A DNA stretch of 64,000 nt from Candidatus Bathyarchaeota archaeon. GTDB lineage: Archaea > Thermoproteota > Bathyarchaeia > Bathyarchaeales > Bathycorpusculaceae. Positions 31,085-42,287 of this stretch are shown one piece after another. The DNA lies in the NCBI GenBank assembly GCA_963775685.1, contig CAVZJV010000014.1, positions 2,112,001 through 2,176,000 of the forward strand, in the 5' to 3' direction. The notes under the pieces were generated by a model. That model did not search any database. It worked only from the letters and a program-made list of their open reading frames with translations, and was not told the origin of the DNA. The first letter of the stretch is position 1. Each line of letters opens with the position of its first letter. The translations under genes were made by a program, and so were the position numbers.

Positions 31085-34000
31085 TTGTTTTCACCTCCAA
31101 CATCCATTTTCGTTTCAATAGGTAGGGTTATCGTAAAAGAGGTTCCTTTACCCCTAATAGTTTTAACCGCTATCGCTCCTCCATGCGCCTCTACAATGCG
31201 TCTGCAAATTGCTAAGCCAAAACCCATGCCTTGCGCTTTAGTTGTAAACAGGGGCGTAAAAAGCTTGGGCAAAACATCATCCGCTATGCCTGCACCAGTA
31301 TCTGAAAAAGAAATATCCAATCTTCCCTCGAATAGATTGCTATTGACAACTATTTTGCCTCCATTGGGCATAGCGTCGACTGCATTTTTAATCAAGTTTA
31401 TGAAGACTCTTTTTATTTTGTCTGCATCAACCTTTAAGGTTGGTTCATCATTAAGTTGATTTTGCACTTCGATTTTTTTAGAGATATCTAAAAGGCTTAG
31501 CGATTCTGCGATTAGTTTTTTAGGGGATTCCTCGTGAAGTTCTAGTTGAACTTCTTTTGAGTAGTCTAAGAGATCGTTAACGATTTTATTTGAGTAATCT
31601 ACACATTTATTTATGTTCTCCAGCATTTCCTGCGCTTGACTTGGCGAGATTTCGCTGCCCTTCTTCTTTATGAAGTAGGCTGAGTTTTTGATTCCCGTCA
31701 AGGGGTTGCGTAGATCGTGTCCAACCATTCCTGCTAATTCGCCGATAGCCGCAAGTCTCTCTGATTTTACAAGCTCCGTTTGAGTTTTCTTAAGTTGCTC
31801 AGTTCTCTGTTGCACTAATTCCTCAAGTTTTTGAGAATATTCTCCAAGTTTGGTCTGTAATTTTTTTCTTTCGGTAATATTCACGGCTAGTTCCAAGGCA
31901 GCGATGACTTTGCCGTCTTTGTTTTTGATGGGAGTTACAATGAGTTCAACCCAATCGTCTCGACCATTTATGTTGAAGTGATAATCGTGTCTGTCAACTA
32001 TTGCTCCGTTTTCAAAAACGTTTCTTACACCACAATCAGGGCATATTTGGGTGGACTTGTTATAGGTGGAATAGCATAGTTTGTTTTCTATATCGCTACC
32101 GTTAATTTGTTTTAGCAGATGGTTAGCCCATAAGATGCGGTAGTCTCTGCTTATAATTGTCAGACCTGCGTCTATGTTTGTCGCCATGTTTTCAAGCATA
32201 TCTCGCTCTTGCCTAAGAGCTTCTTCCATGGCTTTCCACTCTGTGATATCCCTAACAATTGATAGGAGACAAGTTTTGTCTTTCAGCTTAACCGATACCA
32301 CAGCCAGGTCAATCGGGAATAAGCTTCCATCTTTTTTTGAGGCCAAGTAACCGAAGTGTTTCTCGGTTAATTGTTGCTTTCGGAGCTCTTTTAGTAAAAG
32401 TTCATGTTTTATTTTTCCATGAGGTGGGATAACCAATTCAGATAGTTTTCTTCCCATCGCTTCGCTCTCATGGAAGCCAAATGTTTTTTCTGCAGCAGGA
32501 TTCCAATAAATAACTCTGTCTTCTTCATCGCTAAGAATAATGGCGTCCATAGCTGAGGTGCTGATCGCGCGGAATCGTTCTTCACTTGACTTTAAATCTT
32601 CTTCTAGCTGTTTGCTCTTAGTTATATCTTCTAGTTCGGCAATGAAAAGTATGGGTTGTCCGTTTTGGTTTAGAATAATGTTAGAGCTTACTTTGCCGAC
32701 TATTGTCGTGCCATCTTTCCTTATGTAGCGTTTTTCTTTGGAGAAAGAGACTGTTCTTCCTTTACAGAGGTCGTTTACCTTTTCTATGCTCTCTTTGAGA
32801 TCTTCAGGATGAGTGATGTCTTTGAATGTTAATTTCCGTAGTTCATCCTCCGTGTACCCAAGTATTCTGCAGAATGCCTCATTTGCGCTTACAAAATGGT
32901 AGCTTTTTTCTGATGTTGCTATTCCAATCGGAGCGTTTGTAACTATTGCTCTTGACAGCTCTTCACTTTTTATCAAGGCATTTTGCACTTTTTTGATTTC
33001 GGTAATGTCCCTGTAAACGCAGTGTAGAAATGTTTTGCCTGCCGACTTAAACGTTCTAGCAGACACCAAAATATTCTTAACTTCGCCATTTTTTGTTCGA
33101 TGCAGAGTTTCAAATTCTACTTGATCCTCTTTCAACATTTCTTTTACATGAGACTTAATTTGTTCTGGCGATTCATTGACCTCTATGTCGCAAATTGTTA
33201 ATTGTTCAAATTCTTCTCTTGAATAACCCAGTTGTTGGTGCGCAATATCGTTGAATTCAACAAACTCTGATGTTTCCGGATCAACAACTAAAACGCCTAA
33301 GAGGGGCTTGATTAAAAATCGCGTGATAGCGTTGTTCAGTGTCCATTAGTTTTTGTTCGGCTTGTTTTCTGCTGGTAATGTCTTTGACTAACCCTACGGC
33401 ATTCCATTTTCCTCCTAATTTCGTGGGAGAAATCGATAACTCTAATGGAAATTCGCTGCCGTTTTTGCGGCGACCGACTAATTCAACGTTTCCGACGGCG
33501 AAGTAGCCCATTCCTGTCTGTGTAAAAGTCTTCACCCCCATAGCGATGCGTTCTTTTCCTTCCCTGCACATCGAATTTGGCACAACAAGTTCATGTATAT
33601 CTTTTCCAATTGCTTCTTCAATTGTGTAGCCGAATGTTTTTTCTGCGGCGGGGTTCCAATAGGTCACTCTGGCTTGGTCATTAACCAAGACTATTGCTTC
33701 TTTAATCGAATTGATTAGTCCTTGCATTTTTTCTTGGCTTTCAAATAATCCTTGCCGAAGTTCATTTTGAATTTTATTTTCTTCTGTTACGTCGTAAAAA
33801 ATGGCGAGGACTAATGCTTCTCCTTCGTTTATGAAGCGGTTTCCGTTTACTTTTAAGCATCTTAGCTCTCCGTTCTTGTCTGTTATCTTAATTTCGTAAG
33901 GTGGTATGTTGGAGCCATCCAATCTGTCTTTTGCGTTTTTTTCCATCAGCCGTTTGTATTTGTCACTTATGAAACTTAAACTGGAAAAATTCTTTTCAAT

Positions 34001-34159
34001 CAGCTGTTCTTTTTTGTATCCAGTAAATTTCCCAATCATTTTATTTGTGGCAATTATTTTTCCTGAACTGTTTATAACTAGAACGGGATTAGGAATAAGG
34101 TCGATCAAAACTAACAAGGATTCAGCGTGTTTGTTGTTCTTGTTGCTCTCCAGCGTCAA
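31057..34159 (-). pseudogene. Cytoplasmic multi-PAS sensor histidine kinase with a +1 frameshift near 33301
   Basis: Removing one base joins ...FNQAP to LGVLVVDPETSEFVEFN..., merging ORFs 33281-34159 and 31057-33138; about six PAS domains, H-box GHDLRNPL, N/G1/G2 boxes. Confidence 0.85.
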
Positions 34160-34535
34160 TCATTACCTCCACTTCCCCTGTTTTCTCTGTATCTTCGCAC
34201 CAAACCTGAAGCATCTTCACATATTTTGCAAACGTTAAGTTAGGAATAAGCCATTTTGGGCCAACCCAGCGGTAGGAGCAAGCGATTTTTTCATTTAGGT
34301 ATTTCATGATTAAAATTTCAAGTTGCCGAGCTGCTAAACCGAATATTTGTTCAAGGGCTTCGGAAAAGTCATCAATTCTATCAGGAATATTCTGTTTGGA
34401 GATCGCAAATTTGTTTGCAAGATGGAAGTATATTGATGCTTGTGCGGTTCTTCCTAACGTTAACAGTGCTTCATCGATTGTCTCCAGTATGATTTCATTA
34501 AATTTTTCATTTTTTCTTTCTGTTTTTCTATTCAT
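34122..34535 (-). CDS. DUF3227-like protein associated with archaeal two-component systems
   Basis: ETIDEALLTLG..IYFHL..FSEALEQIFG..LEILI pattern; overlaps the kinase start. Confidence 0.65.
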   Translation of the reverse strand: MNRKTERKNEKFNEIILETIDEALLTLGRTAQASIYFHLANKFAISKQNIPDRIDDFSEALEQIFGLAARQLEILIMKYLNEKIACSYRWVGPKWLIPNLTFAKYVKMLQVWCEDTEKTGEVEVMIDAGEQQEQQTR

Positions 34536-35085
34536 TCTTAGTCCGTGCCCTAAGCTGGTTGTGAATGCAGTCTTGGAATGAATAGTTAAATGAGTGAAAG
34601 CAAGTAAAGGCTTATGAAATCGTAATTCTGACTGCTAATTCACTAGAGCAAAAACTTTTTTAAAGGTGGTTTTACAGTTGGCACAATTGTAGCAGTTCAA
34701 TTTGTCAGGTACTGAAGTTAAGTTGCCACATCCCAATAGAATGTATAAACATGAGCGAGAACATAGAATTATTGTTGAATCTTATCGTTAAGCCAATTTA
34801 GTTTATTTCTGGTTACCCTTCTGGTTCATTCTTTTTCTTAAAGTGAACTCCAAGATTTTAGGTAACTTATACCAAAGTTACGAAAAAAATATTTAGGTTC
34901 GTTTCAAGTCGTTTTTATCTTTATTTTATTTAAACAAAATTTATTGGGTAATTTAGTTACCAGTGACCACTTGCCACTCGATTTTATAAACTAAAACAAA
35001 GTAAAATAAGAAATGGTTAACCAAATTGGCATTTTAATGTTCTATTTGCTCGACCAAAAGAAAATTATAGGAGAGAAAAAAACGA

Positions 35086-37551
35086 ATGACAAAAAGTAAA
35101 ATGATTATTGCTATTGCACTAACAATTATGATGATTTTGCCTTCTATTGCTTTAATAACAGAAGTGGCAGGCGTTGATGTCGAAACTAGAATGTTCATAA
35201 GCGCAGTTCCAAATCCTATCGGTGTCGGCCAAAGAGTGAACGTACAATGGTGGCTTGCAATACCGAATCCTGTTGCTGGGACCTCTTGGGAAAACGTCAA
35301 AGTAATAATTGAAAACCCCGACGGGCAAATCCAGACTTTTGACAACTTAAAATCTGATATAAATGGAGGAGCATACATTTCCTTTGTCCCCGACAGAGTT
35401 GGGACATATAAAGTACATGCAAGCTTTCCTGGACAATGGGTAAACACCACCGGACCAAACGGTTACACTCGATATTACACGCCTCTTGAATCTAAAGTAG
35501 TCGAAGTCACTGTTCAAGAAGAACCAATTTCTGTCACGCCAGAATTGCCTTTTCCAAGCGAATACTGGACCAGACCAATAAACTCCGAAAACAGAGAATG
35601 GTTCCAAATTAGTGGTAATTGGTTAATGGGCAAAGGCGACAAGGATGCCGTAGCTTTTGAAGGCAGTGGCAACGCAAACTTCTACTCTACCGCACCAAAC
35701 ACAGGACACATAATGTGGACAAAACCACTACTTCCCGGAGGAATAGTTGGAGGAGAAATTGGCTATGGCGAAGCATACTACGGCGGACTCAATTACGAAC
35801 CCATGTTCAGACCACCAATAATAATGAATGGCGTACTTTATTACGAAACAGCCGAACCACCAAGATATGGAGTGATAGCCGTTGACGTGCGCACAGGAGA
35901 AACGATCTGGTACCAAAACATCTCTTACGGCTCAGGTTTTAACAGCTTAAGATTAGGTCAAGTATTCGACTATGACTCAGAGAATCAACATGGTAGCTTT
36001 GCGTATCTTTGGTTTAGCAGCGGCAGTACCTGGTACATGCACGACGCCTTCACCGGAAACTACATTCTAAGCGTAAGCGGCGTACCAAACGGTTACATTC
36101 AAATGGGGCCCAAAGGTGAGATTCTAATCTACAATGTTAACAATGCTCAAGGTTACGTACAGCTATGGAACTCATCCGCAATGCCCGGGTTATTTACCGC
36201 TTCAAACCCCTCAGAGAACCCAAATTCTGAGTGGCGACCAGAACAATCACAAGGACAAACGATTAACGGCTCGACTGGAATTCAATGGAAAGTTTCAGTA
36301 CCAACCGTAACTGGCGCAGGAAATGGCATCCAATGGCTTGATGAAAAATTAGGAGTATTTATCACAACCTCAACTGTTCAGCGGCCTACTGATGCATGGC
36401 CAACATTTGTTCACACAGCTTATAGTACCGAAACAGGCAATTTGCTTTGGACACAGAATCGAACCAATATAGGCGATATGAAATACCCCGTATACATCAA
36501 ACCCTACTCCGGAGTGTATGCACTTCCTTACAGAGAGAATAAACAATGGATCGGCTGGGATATGAAAACTGGCGATGAACTGTGGAGAGTTGATGGTCCC
36601 GAAGATGACTGGGGTATCTTTGATGTAGGAGGTGGCTTTGTTGGCGATATATTCTATACTGCAGGATTTGCTGGAGTTGTAACAGGTTACAATATTGAAA
36701 CCGGACAGAAAGTATGGGAGTTCTACAGCGGCAATTCAGGATTTGATACAACCTACGGTACTTGGGGATTCTACGGTGCATCAATAATTGCTGATGGAAA
36801 AATCTTCATAGCACACAATGAGCATTCACCTGACCAACCATTATGGCGAGGAATGAAGATGTGGGCTATCAACGCAACGACAGGAGAGGGCATATGGAAC
36901 ATTTCTGGAGCCTATCAAGGTGGAAGAAATGCCATGGGTGCCCTTGCCGACGGATTACTGGTGTCACACAATGCCATGGATAATCAAATATACGCATTCG
37001 GTAAGGGTCCAAGCACCACAACCGCTACAGCGTCGCCGAAGGTTACAACACGAGGAAACAGTTTGCTGATTGAGGGAACAGTTATCGATATAGCTTCTGG
37101 CACTTCACAAAATGAGCAAAGGGCTCGTTTTCCAAACGGTGTTCCAGCAGTCTCTGACAATAGCATGACTCCTTGGATGGAATACGTATACATGCAGAGG
37201 CCTCGTCCAACCGACGTTACTGGTGTTACAGTATTAATCGATGTCACCGATGCCAATGGCAACTATCGAAACATCGGCACAACCACAAGTGATGCCAGCG
37301 GCGCGTTTAGTTTCCAGTGGACTCCTGACATTGAAGGAAAATACACAGTTACTGCTACTTTCGCAGGATCTGAGTCTTACTGGCCATCATCAGCAGAAAC
37401 AAGCTTTGCTGTGGACTCAGCAGCTCCAACAGCATCTCCGTATCCAGAGATAACTTTACCTCCCACAGAAATGTACTTCGCAATCAGCACCATCGCAATT
37501 ATAATTGCAATATCAATAGTCGGCTTGTTATTACTCAGAAAAAGACCATAA
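35086..37551 (+). CDS. Secreted PQQ-like beta-propeller surface protein with Ig-like domains and C-terminal TM anchor
   Basis: Signal peptide; PNPIGVGQ; repeated AVDxxTGExxW blades; C-terminal hydrophobic helix ending RKRP. Confidence 0.9.
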   Translation: MTKSKMIIAIALTIMMILPSIALITEVAGVDVETRMFISAVPNPIGVGQRVNVQWWLAIPNPVAGTSWENVKVIIENPDGQIQTFDNLKSDINGGAYISFVPDRVGTYKVHASFPGQWVNTTGPNGYTRYYTPLESKVVEVTVQEEPISVTPELPFPSEYWTRPINSENREWFQISGNWLMGKGDKDAVAFEGSGNANFYSTAPNTGHIMWTKPLLPGGIVGGEIGYGEAYYGGLNYEPMFRPPIIMNGVLYYETAEPPRYGVIAVDVRTGETIWYQNISYGSGFNSLRLGQVFDYDSENQHGSFAYLWFSSGSTWYMHDAFTGNYILSVSGVPNGYIQMGPKGEILIYNVNNAQGYVQLWNSSAMPGLFTASNPSENPNSEWRPEQSQGQTINGSTGIQWKVSVPTVTGAGNGIQWLDEKLGVFITTSTVQRPTDAWPTFVHTAYSTETGNLLWTQNRTNIGDMKYPVYIKPYSGVYALPYRENKQWIGWDMKTGDELWRVDGPEDDWGIFDVGGGFVGDIFYTAGFAGVVTGYNIETGQKVWEFYSGNSGFDTTYGTWGFYGASIIADGKIFIAHNEHSPDQPLWRGMKMWAINATTGEGIWNISGAYQGGRNAMGALADGLLVSHNAMDNQIYAFGKGPSTTTATASPKVTTRGNSLLIEGTVIDIASGTSQNEQRARFPNGVPAVSDNSMTPWMEYVYMQRPRPTDVTGVTVLIDVTDANGNYRNIGTTTSDASGAFSFQWTPDIEGKYTVTATFAGSESYWPSSAETSFAVDSAAPTASPYPEITLPPTEMYFAISTIAIIIAISIVGLLLLRKRP

Positions 37552-38075
37552 GCCAACAAGAGGACACAAATAACCTCTTTTCCCTTTTTTATTGATGACT
37601 ACCTTTAAGGTTTTACTAATTTTTCTGGAAGGCTATAAGGTGATTTGCTGGTATCTTGTTAGGTGTCAAAGTTATGACTTTTACTAAACAAAACCAGAAA
37701 GGAAGATTCACTTTCCCGAAAGTTGGACGTAAGTTGTGACGGATGAGTAGCTAGTAAAAAATGCGGCGTGGTAAGTAAAATTGAAATGTGACCATACCTT
37801 AACTATTACGGGAAAGAATAAGCGGTTAATAAAAACAATTCACGGCTAAATTTACAGAGGAGCTAAATTTTGACGAAGAAGACTACACAAACCAAATTTG
37901 AAGAATATAAGCTGAGCGCTGTCAAAATTCCAGGCAAACTATTCGAACATTTCTATCGCCTCATAATTTCTGAAATTAAATATACAAATATGGCACTTTG
38001 CCAAATTGACCTTAAAGAAGCGGACTGGACGCAACATTTTTTTACAACGTGCTCTTTTTCTGGAGGAGACTGAAT

Positions 38076-39176
38076 ATGTCTGTTTTTGTGTTTGACCAAG
38101 AAACAATAGGAATGATTCGCTACATCCTGGCGCTCCAACGTTTTAAGGAGTATTCAGCTGGACCTCAAGGGCTAGACGAACATCTTTGTGTTCTGTCTTT
38201 CGAAAGGGTTCTGATCCAAACCGGGCTAAACTTTCCAAAGTTTCAGAAAGAAGCTCCGAGTGATATCCGAGCATATGATGTCATCCGATTCTTGGAGCAG
38301 AAAAGCCAGATAAGTGCTACAACAGCTAAGAAACTGAGAGAATACGTGGATTTTCATGACTCCCTATTATCTTCCTCCTCTCAAACCACCCAAAAAAAGA
38401 CTAATCCTAAAGCACAAGAAATTTTGCGGTTCCTTTGCACCGAAGCGGGTGTGGATCAAGATGAAGAACTCAAAAATAGAACATTTGAGGACATAGCAAC
38501 TCTGGGAACAAAGAAATCTTCCGAAAATGAGTACTTTGAGAAACTTGTTGAATCGGATTTTGACAATCTCGATAAACTCTATGAGAAATGTCCAACCTTG
38601 CAGTTGGAAATAGAAAAAAAATTGACGACCTCATTGCGAGGTGCAAAAATATCAGGGTTCACACCTAATACTGGAGGGATATGGTTACCTTTTGTTTCAC
38701 TCAAAGCACCTAATAATAGAACACATATTGATAAGGCAAGTATTGGAGTTGTCTTTACACCGGTCGATATTAGGATAGGCTTGGATTTCGGAAGTCAAGC
38801 TCACAAGTATAGGATAAGATATTATGAACTGCTCCTGAATGGAGAATTAATTAACGAGGTTGAATCTCTTAATAATAGAGATATGGGATACTGTCTCTGT
38901 GATACTTTTTGGCACTACCACATAAGAAACTTGCAATCTCTCCAATGGTGTCTTACTCTTTACAGTAGCACCAAGATGACTATTGAGGGTGCTATTGAAG
39001 AGACCAAACAACTCGAAGGAACCCCCTTGACGGCAAACAGGTACTTAATTAGTAAAGTGATTAGGAGACGACCGGAAGACTTTGCTTACATTATAAATGG
39101 GGTTGTCGATGAGATTGCGAAGACTTTAAACGAACTTTACCCCACGATGGCACTTATTAACAAAGCCGAAATCTGA
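38076..39176 (+). CDS. Hypothetical protein (possible degenerate HEPN-like N-terminus)
   Basis: GGAGGAG SD before ATG 38076; 366 aa; helical N-terminus, alpha/beta C-terminus. Confidence 0.7.
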   Translation: MSVFVFDQETIGMIRYILALQRFKEYSAGPQGLDEHLCVLSFERVLIQTGLNFPKFQKEAPSDIRAYDVIRFLEQKSQISATTAKKLREYVDFHDSLLSSSSQTTQKKTNPKAQEILRFLCTEAGVDQDEELKNRTFEDIATLGTKKSSENEYFEKLVESDFDNLDKLYEKCPTLQLEIEKKLTTSLRGAKISGFTPNTGGIWLPFVSLKAPNNRTHIDKASIGVVFTPVDIRIGLDFGSQAHKYRIRYYELLLNGELINEVESLNNRDMGYCLCDTFWHYHIRNLQSLQWCLTLYSSTKMTIEGAIEETKQLEGTPLTANRYLISKVIRRRPEDFAYIINGVVDEIAKTLNELYPTMALINKAEI

Positions 39177-39753
39177 ACACTTCGACGTGATGCAGACAGA
39201 AATGTTTTGAGCTTTGATTCTATTCCTTCGTAAGTTACCAATAATCTCAGCTTACGATGCATTGAACTTTAAAACCCTTTGGGAATTGGGTTGGAAACTT
39301 TGCTAATTAAACCAACGGCAAAGTTCCAAAAGCCCAAGATACTTAACATAAACGGGTAGAACGTACCATGAAGTATACATTCCGCTACTCAACTTACAAG
39401 ACGACAACTTCGAAGTAACAGAGGCAAGTACTTAGGAGGAAATAAGAAACTGAGTATAGCAGGATGGAGGAAGTACGATAAATAACAATTAACAGAACAT
39501 CAATATGCCCTTTTACAAAAAACCTGATAAGTTCTAAACATAGTACTTCTAATGTTATCGTATAAACGCAGCTGCATATGTAAAGCTTTTATAACGTCTC
39601 CCATGGCAACACCTAAGGCATCTCCCGCAAAACTTCTGCCGCAGATGTAAGCATAGTCCTTGTCCGGAAATAACATTTCTGCCTGAATGGATTTTCGGCT
39701 GATTATTAGAACTTTCAGATCTTTCGGACTGTGGATATTTGTTTGTTTTCGGC

Positions 39754-40101
39754 TCAGCAGGTTACGTGAATGATGGCGACCGCTTTTCTTTTTTCGTTTT
39801 CGATTTTGTCTATGATTTCTGGCGTCGGCATCGCGTATGTCTCGTATTCGTCCAGTATTTTCTGGGCTTTTTCAGTGATTGGCAAAGCTGCCTCATAGCC
39901 TGTTCCGACATAAACGACTTCTGGCTTCTCTTGCGACAAAAAATCCATTTCTTTCTCAGACAAAGGCGTATGGCCATAAATCGGTTTAAACTCTTTGGAT
40001 TTTTTCTTTTTTCGTTTTGAGATGTTACCGTCGACATGCATTATGATGTCTTCTTCATATTTGTGCCCGAATAATTTGACCGAACCAAAAGAGTCTTTCA
40101 T
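39754..40101 (-). CDS. Mth938-like (DUF498/AAMDC) protein
   Basis: SFG..YEEDI, PEVVYVGTG, PTPE, C-terminal IHVTC. Confidence 0.85.
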   Translation of the reverse strand: MKDSFGSVKLFGHKYEEDIIMHVDGNISKRKKKKSKEFKPIYGHTPLSEKEMDFLSQEKPEVVYVGTGYEAALPITEKAQKILDEYETYAMPTPEIIDKIENEKRKAVAIIHVTC

Positions 40102-40206
40102 TCAACACACCACTGCCCATTGGGCACTATTATGAAGGCATCGACTCGATTTGAACCTATTCCCTCACAGTTGCCCCTGCAATGTACGCTGAATCAGGGC
40201 ATGCGC

Positions 40207-40340
40207 AAGGTCTTCCAAAATCTGGGGGGTATAGAGGGAGTGAGGCTTTACGGGTTTTAGCTTATCATCAGAACATATAAAAAATATAAAATAGATATCG
40301 ATTTGTATTTCTCTTTCTATCCCGTTTCACGACAAGCCTT
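40207..40340. repeat. Cassette-delimiting repeat R1 (134 bp)
   Basis: AAGGTCTTCC-N13-TATAGAG...TTATCATCAGAACATATAAAA...GACAAGCCTT. Confidence 0.88.
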
Positions 40341-40505
40341 CGCCATCGTTAGTCCATGAGCCACCGGCGACAGTAAACGTTGACAACGCGCATTTTGGAA
40401 AGAGGTTTCACAATTCATATCCTGAATATTATGCTGGCTTTCATAAGTGAGTTAAGTACCTTGAATCTTAGTTGATCATCAACAACAGAATTCGAGGAAA
40501 ATAGT

Positions 40506-40709
40506 TTGAGCCAACAGTTGGATGTTAAAGGCAGGAAAGAATTGGAAGCTCAGATGGCTACGGTTTTCGGCGAAAAAATCAAAGACCTATCTGTGGAACT
40601 ACAAGAAATACTATTAGATGACTTGGCAACCGCGTTTGAGAATAGGCTTATCGTATTCAAACGTTCCAAGGAAACTAGGCGAGAAGGTTGGAACCATGAG
40701 ACGGTCTAA
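40506..40709 (+). CDS. Small hypothetical protein
   Basis: GAGG SD, TTG start; LSVELQEILLDDLATAFENRL helix; overlaps the downstream wHTH gene. Confidence 0.6.
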   Translation: MSQQLDVKGRKELEAQMATVFGEKIKDLSVELQEILLDDLATAFENRLIVFKRSKETRREGWNHETV

Positions 40710-40989
40710 ACTGGAAATGTATGTTGATATATTGAATGTCTTGGCTCAAAGGGGGCCTTTGAAGTTGACTCACGTTATGTACAAGGCTAATGTCAACTGC
40801 GGCGTTCTGAAGGAGCACCTTGAATTCCTAATTAAGCAGGGACTGGTTGATGAGAGAATTATTCGAAGAGAAAGAGTAGTCTACGCGATTACGCAACGGG
40901 GCATTAATGTGCTCAAGCAGTTCAAAGAGCTCAAAGAAGTGCTTCCTATAATCGAAGAAACAAAAAACCAAACACCCTATATGTTCTAA
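40696..40989 (+). CDS. Winged HTH transcriptional regulator (HTH_45-like)
   Basis: MRRSKLEMYVDIL..LTHVMYKANVN..YAITQRG. Confidence 0.88.
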   Translation: MRRSKLEMYVDILNVLAQRGPLKLTHVMYKANVNCGVLKEHLEFLIKQGLVDERIIRRERVVYAITQRGINVLKQFKELKEVLPIIEETKNQTPYMF

Positions 40990-41065
40990 CACTCCAATTC
41001 TTTTTCATATTCAACTGCGTAAACTGTCGACTAAGAGAACTCTGCCTTCTTCCTGCAAGCCTACC

Positions 41066-41205
41066 AAGGTTTTCCACGAATTTGTTCTCTTCTGGAGAGG
41101 AATGGGCTGTCTTAGTTTTATATTATCATCAGAACATAGAAAACAAAATAAATAAAATAAATTATGATTTGGCTTATCCTATGGCGTCCAATCTTGAAAG
41201 GCCTT
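41066..41205. repeat. Cassette-delimiting repeat R2 (140 bp)
   Basis: ACC-AAGGTTTTCC...TTATCATCAGAACATAGAAAA...CCTATG...GAAAGGCCTT-GGT. Confidence 0.85.
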
Positions 41206-41227
41206 GGTTATGGAGTGTTTGTGGCAT

Positions 41228-41557
41228 CTAATGTACACGCTTTGACAGGCGATTCTTCTGAGCATAAAGCAGTGGGGTTGTTTGATTTCGGGTTTCGTCT
41301 ATTATAGGTAACGCTTGTGTGAGTTCATGGAAATACTTCAGAACATTGATGCCGCGTTGAGTGATTGCGAAAACTACTCGCATTTTCGTGATCGTTCGTT
41401 TTTCGACCAGAGCTTGCTTAATTAAGAAGTCTAAGTAATCTGTAAGAACGTTACAGTTAACGTTAGCTTTGTACATGATATGTGTCAGCTTTGATGGACC
41501 TCTATGAGCTAACACGTTGAGAATGTCAACATAAATTATTAGTTTTGATCGTCTCAT
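41228..41557 (-). CDS. Winged HTH transcriptional regulator (HTH_45-like), paralog of 40696
   Basis: MRRSKLIIYVDIL..LTHIMYKANVN..FAITQRG. Confidence 0.88.
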   Translation of the reverse strand: MRRSKLIIYVDILNVLAHRGPSKLTHIMYKANVNCNVLTDYLDFLIKQALVEKRTITKMRVVFAITQRGINVLKYFHELTQALPIIDETRNQTTPLLYAQKNRLSKRVH

Positions 41558-41920
41558 CTTTGAACCCTTTCCCTCTCACATAAACGTATATATCTGCATG
41601 TTATGTGGCTGATTGGTATAAGCTTTTGCTATTTTTCGTTGTTTAATTCAAGCAATTATGCTTTTTATTAACAAATTATGATATTAGTATGATAAAAAAG
41701 AATTAAATGATGCATAAATTAGTGAATAATTGATGAATTGCAATGTGACTTGTGACTGTGCCGTGCCTACTACAATATTTAATATGATTTTCAAAGAATA
41801 ACTAGAATTTTCCTTGCTCAAGGATAGAGGAAATGAGAATGAGAAAAAAGGACATTCAAGAAAGTAATTTCATTTTGAGTAAAGATCGTACACGAAAATG
41901 TTGTTGCTCATAAAACACGC

Positions 41921-42118
41921 ATGCCTATTATCAAGTGTGTCTGTGGCTTCGAAATTTTAGTTGTGCCTGATTTGAAGGCTATGGACCGAGCCATAAAAAA
42001 TCATGTTGCCAAACACAAGAAATCGGATTATGGTATAGTGTTTGATTCTTTGGAGGAGTTTTTGACAGAGCGGACTTTGATGGCAGCAAGCAAAATGAGT
42101 TTGCCAAATGTAAGTTAG
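41921..42118 (+). CDS. Small putative zinc-binding protein
   Basis: CVCG...HVAKH motif; ends 9 bp before R3. Confidence 0.65.
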   Translation: MPIIKCVCGFEILVVPDLKAMDRAIKNHVAKHKKSDYGIVFDSLEEFLTERTLMAASKMSLPNVS

Positions 42119-42127
42119 TCGCTAGCC

Positions 42128-42260
42128 AAGGTCTTCCAAAATTTGGGCCCCATAGAGGAGAAGGTCTTCTGGAAAATATCTAATCATCAGAATATATAAA
42201 AATCAAATAAATTAAAATCAAACTTTTCTACTCTATACTCGCCAATTTTCGGCGGACCTT
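42128..42260. repeat. Cassette-delimiting repeat R3 (133 bp)
   Basis: AAGGTCTTCC-N13-CATAGAG..AAGGTCTT...TAATCATCAGAATATATAAAA...CTCTATA-N13-GGCGGACCTT. Confidence 0.9.
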
Positions 42261-42287
42261 TGTTCCCGCAATGGTCAATTAATTGTG

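Noticed and set aside
37607-37640. Arm-like AAGGTTTTAC...TATAAGG
   Set aside because: Spacing is 17 rather than 13, with no core motif or right arm
40262-40275. C/D-box sRNA (CTGATGA on the minus strand of the repeat core)
   Set aside because: C-like and D-like boxes overlap rather than flank guide regions, and R4 lacks the TGATGA
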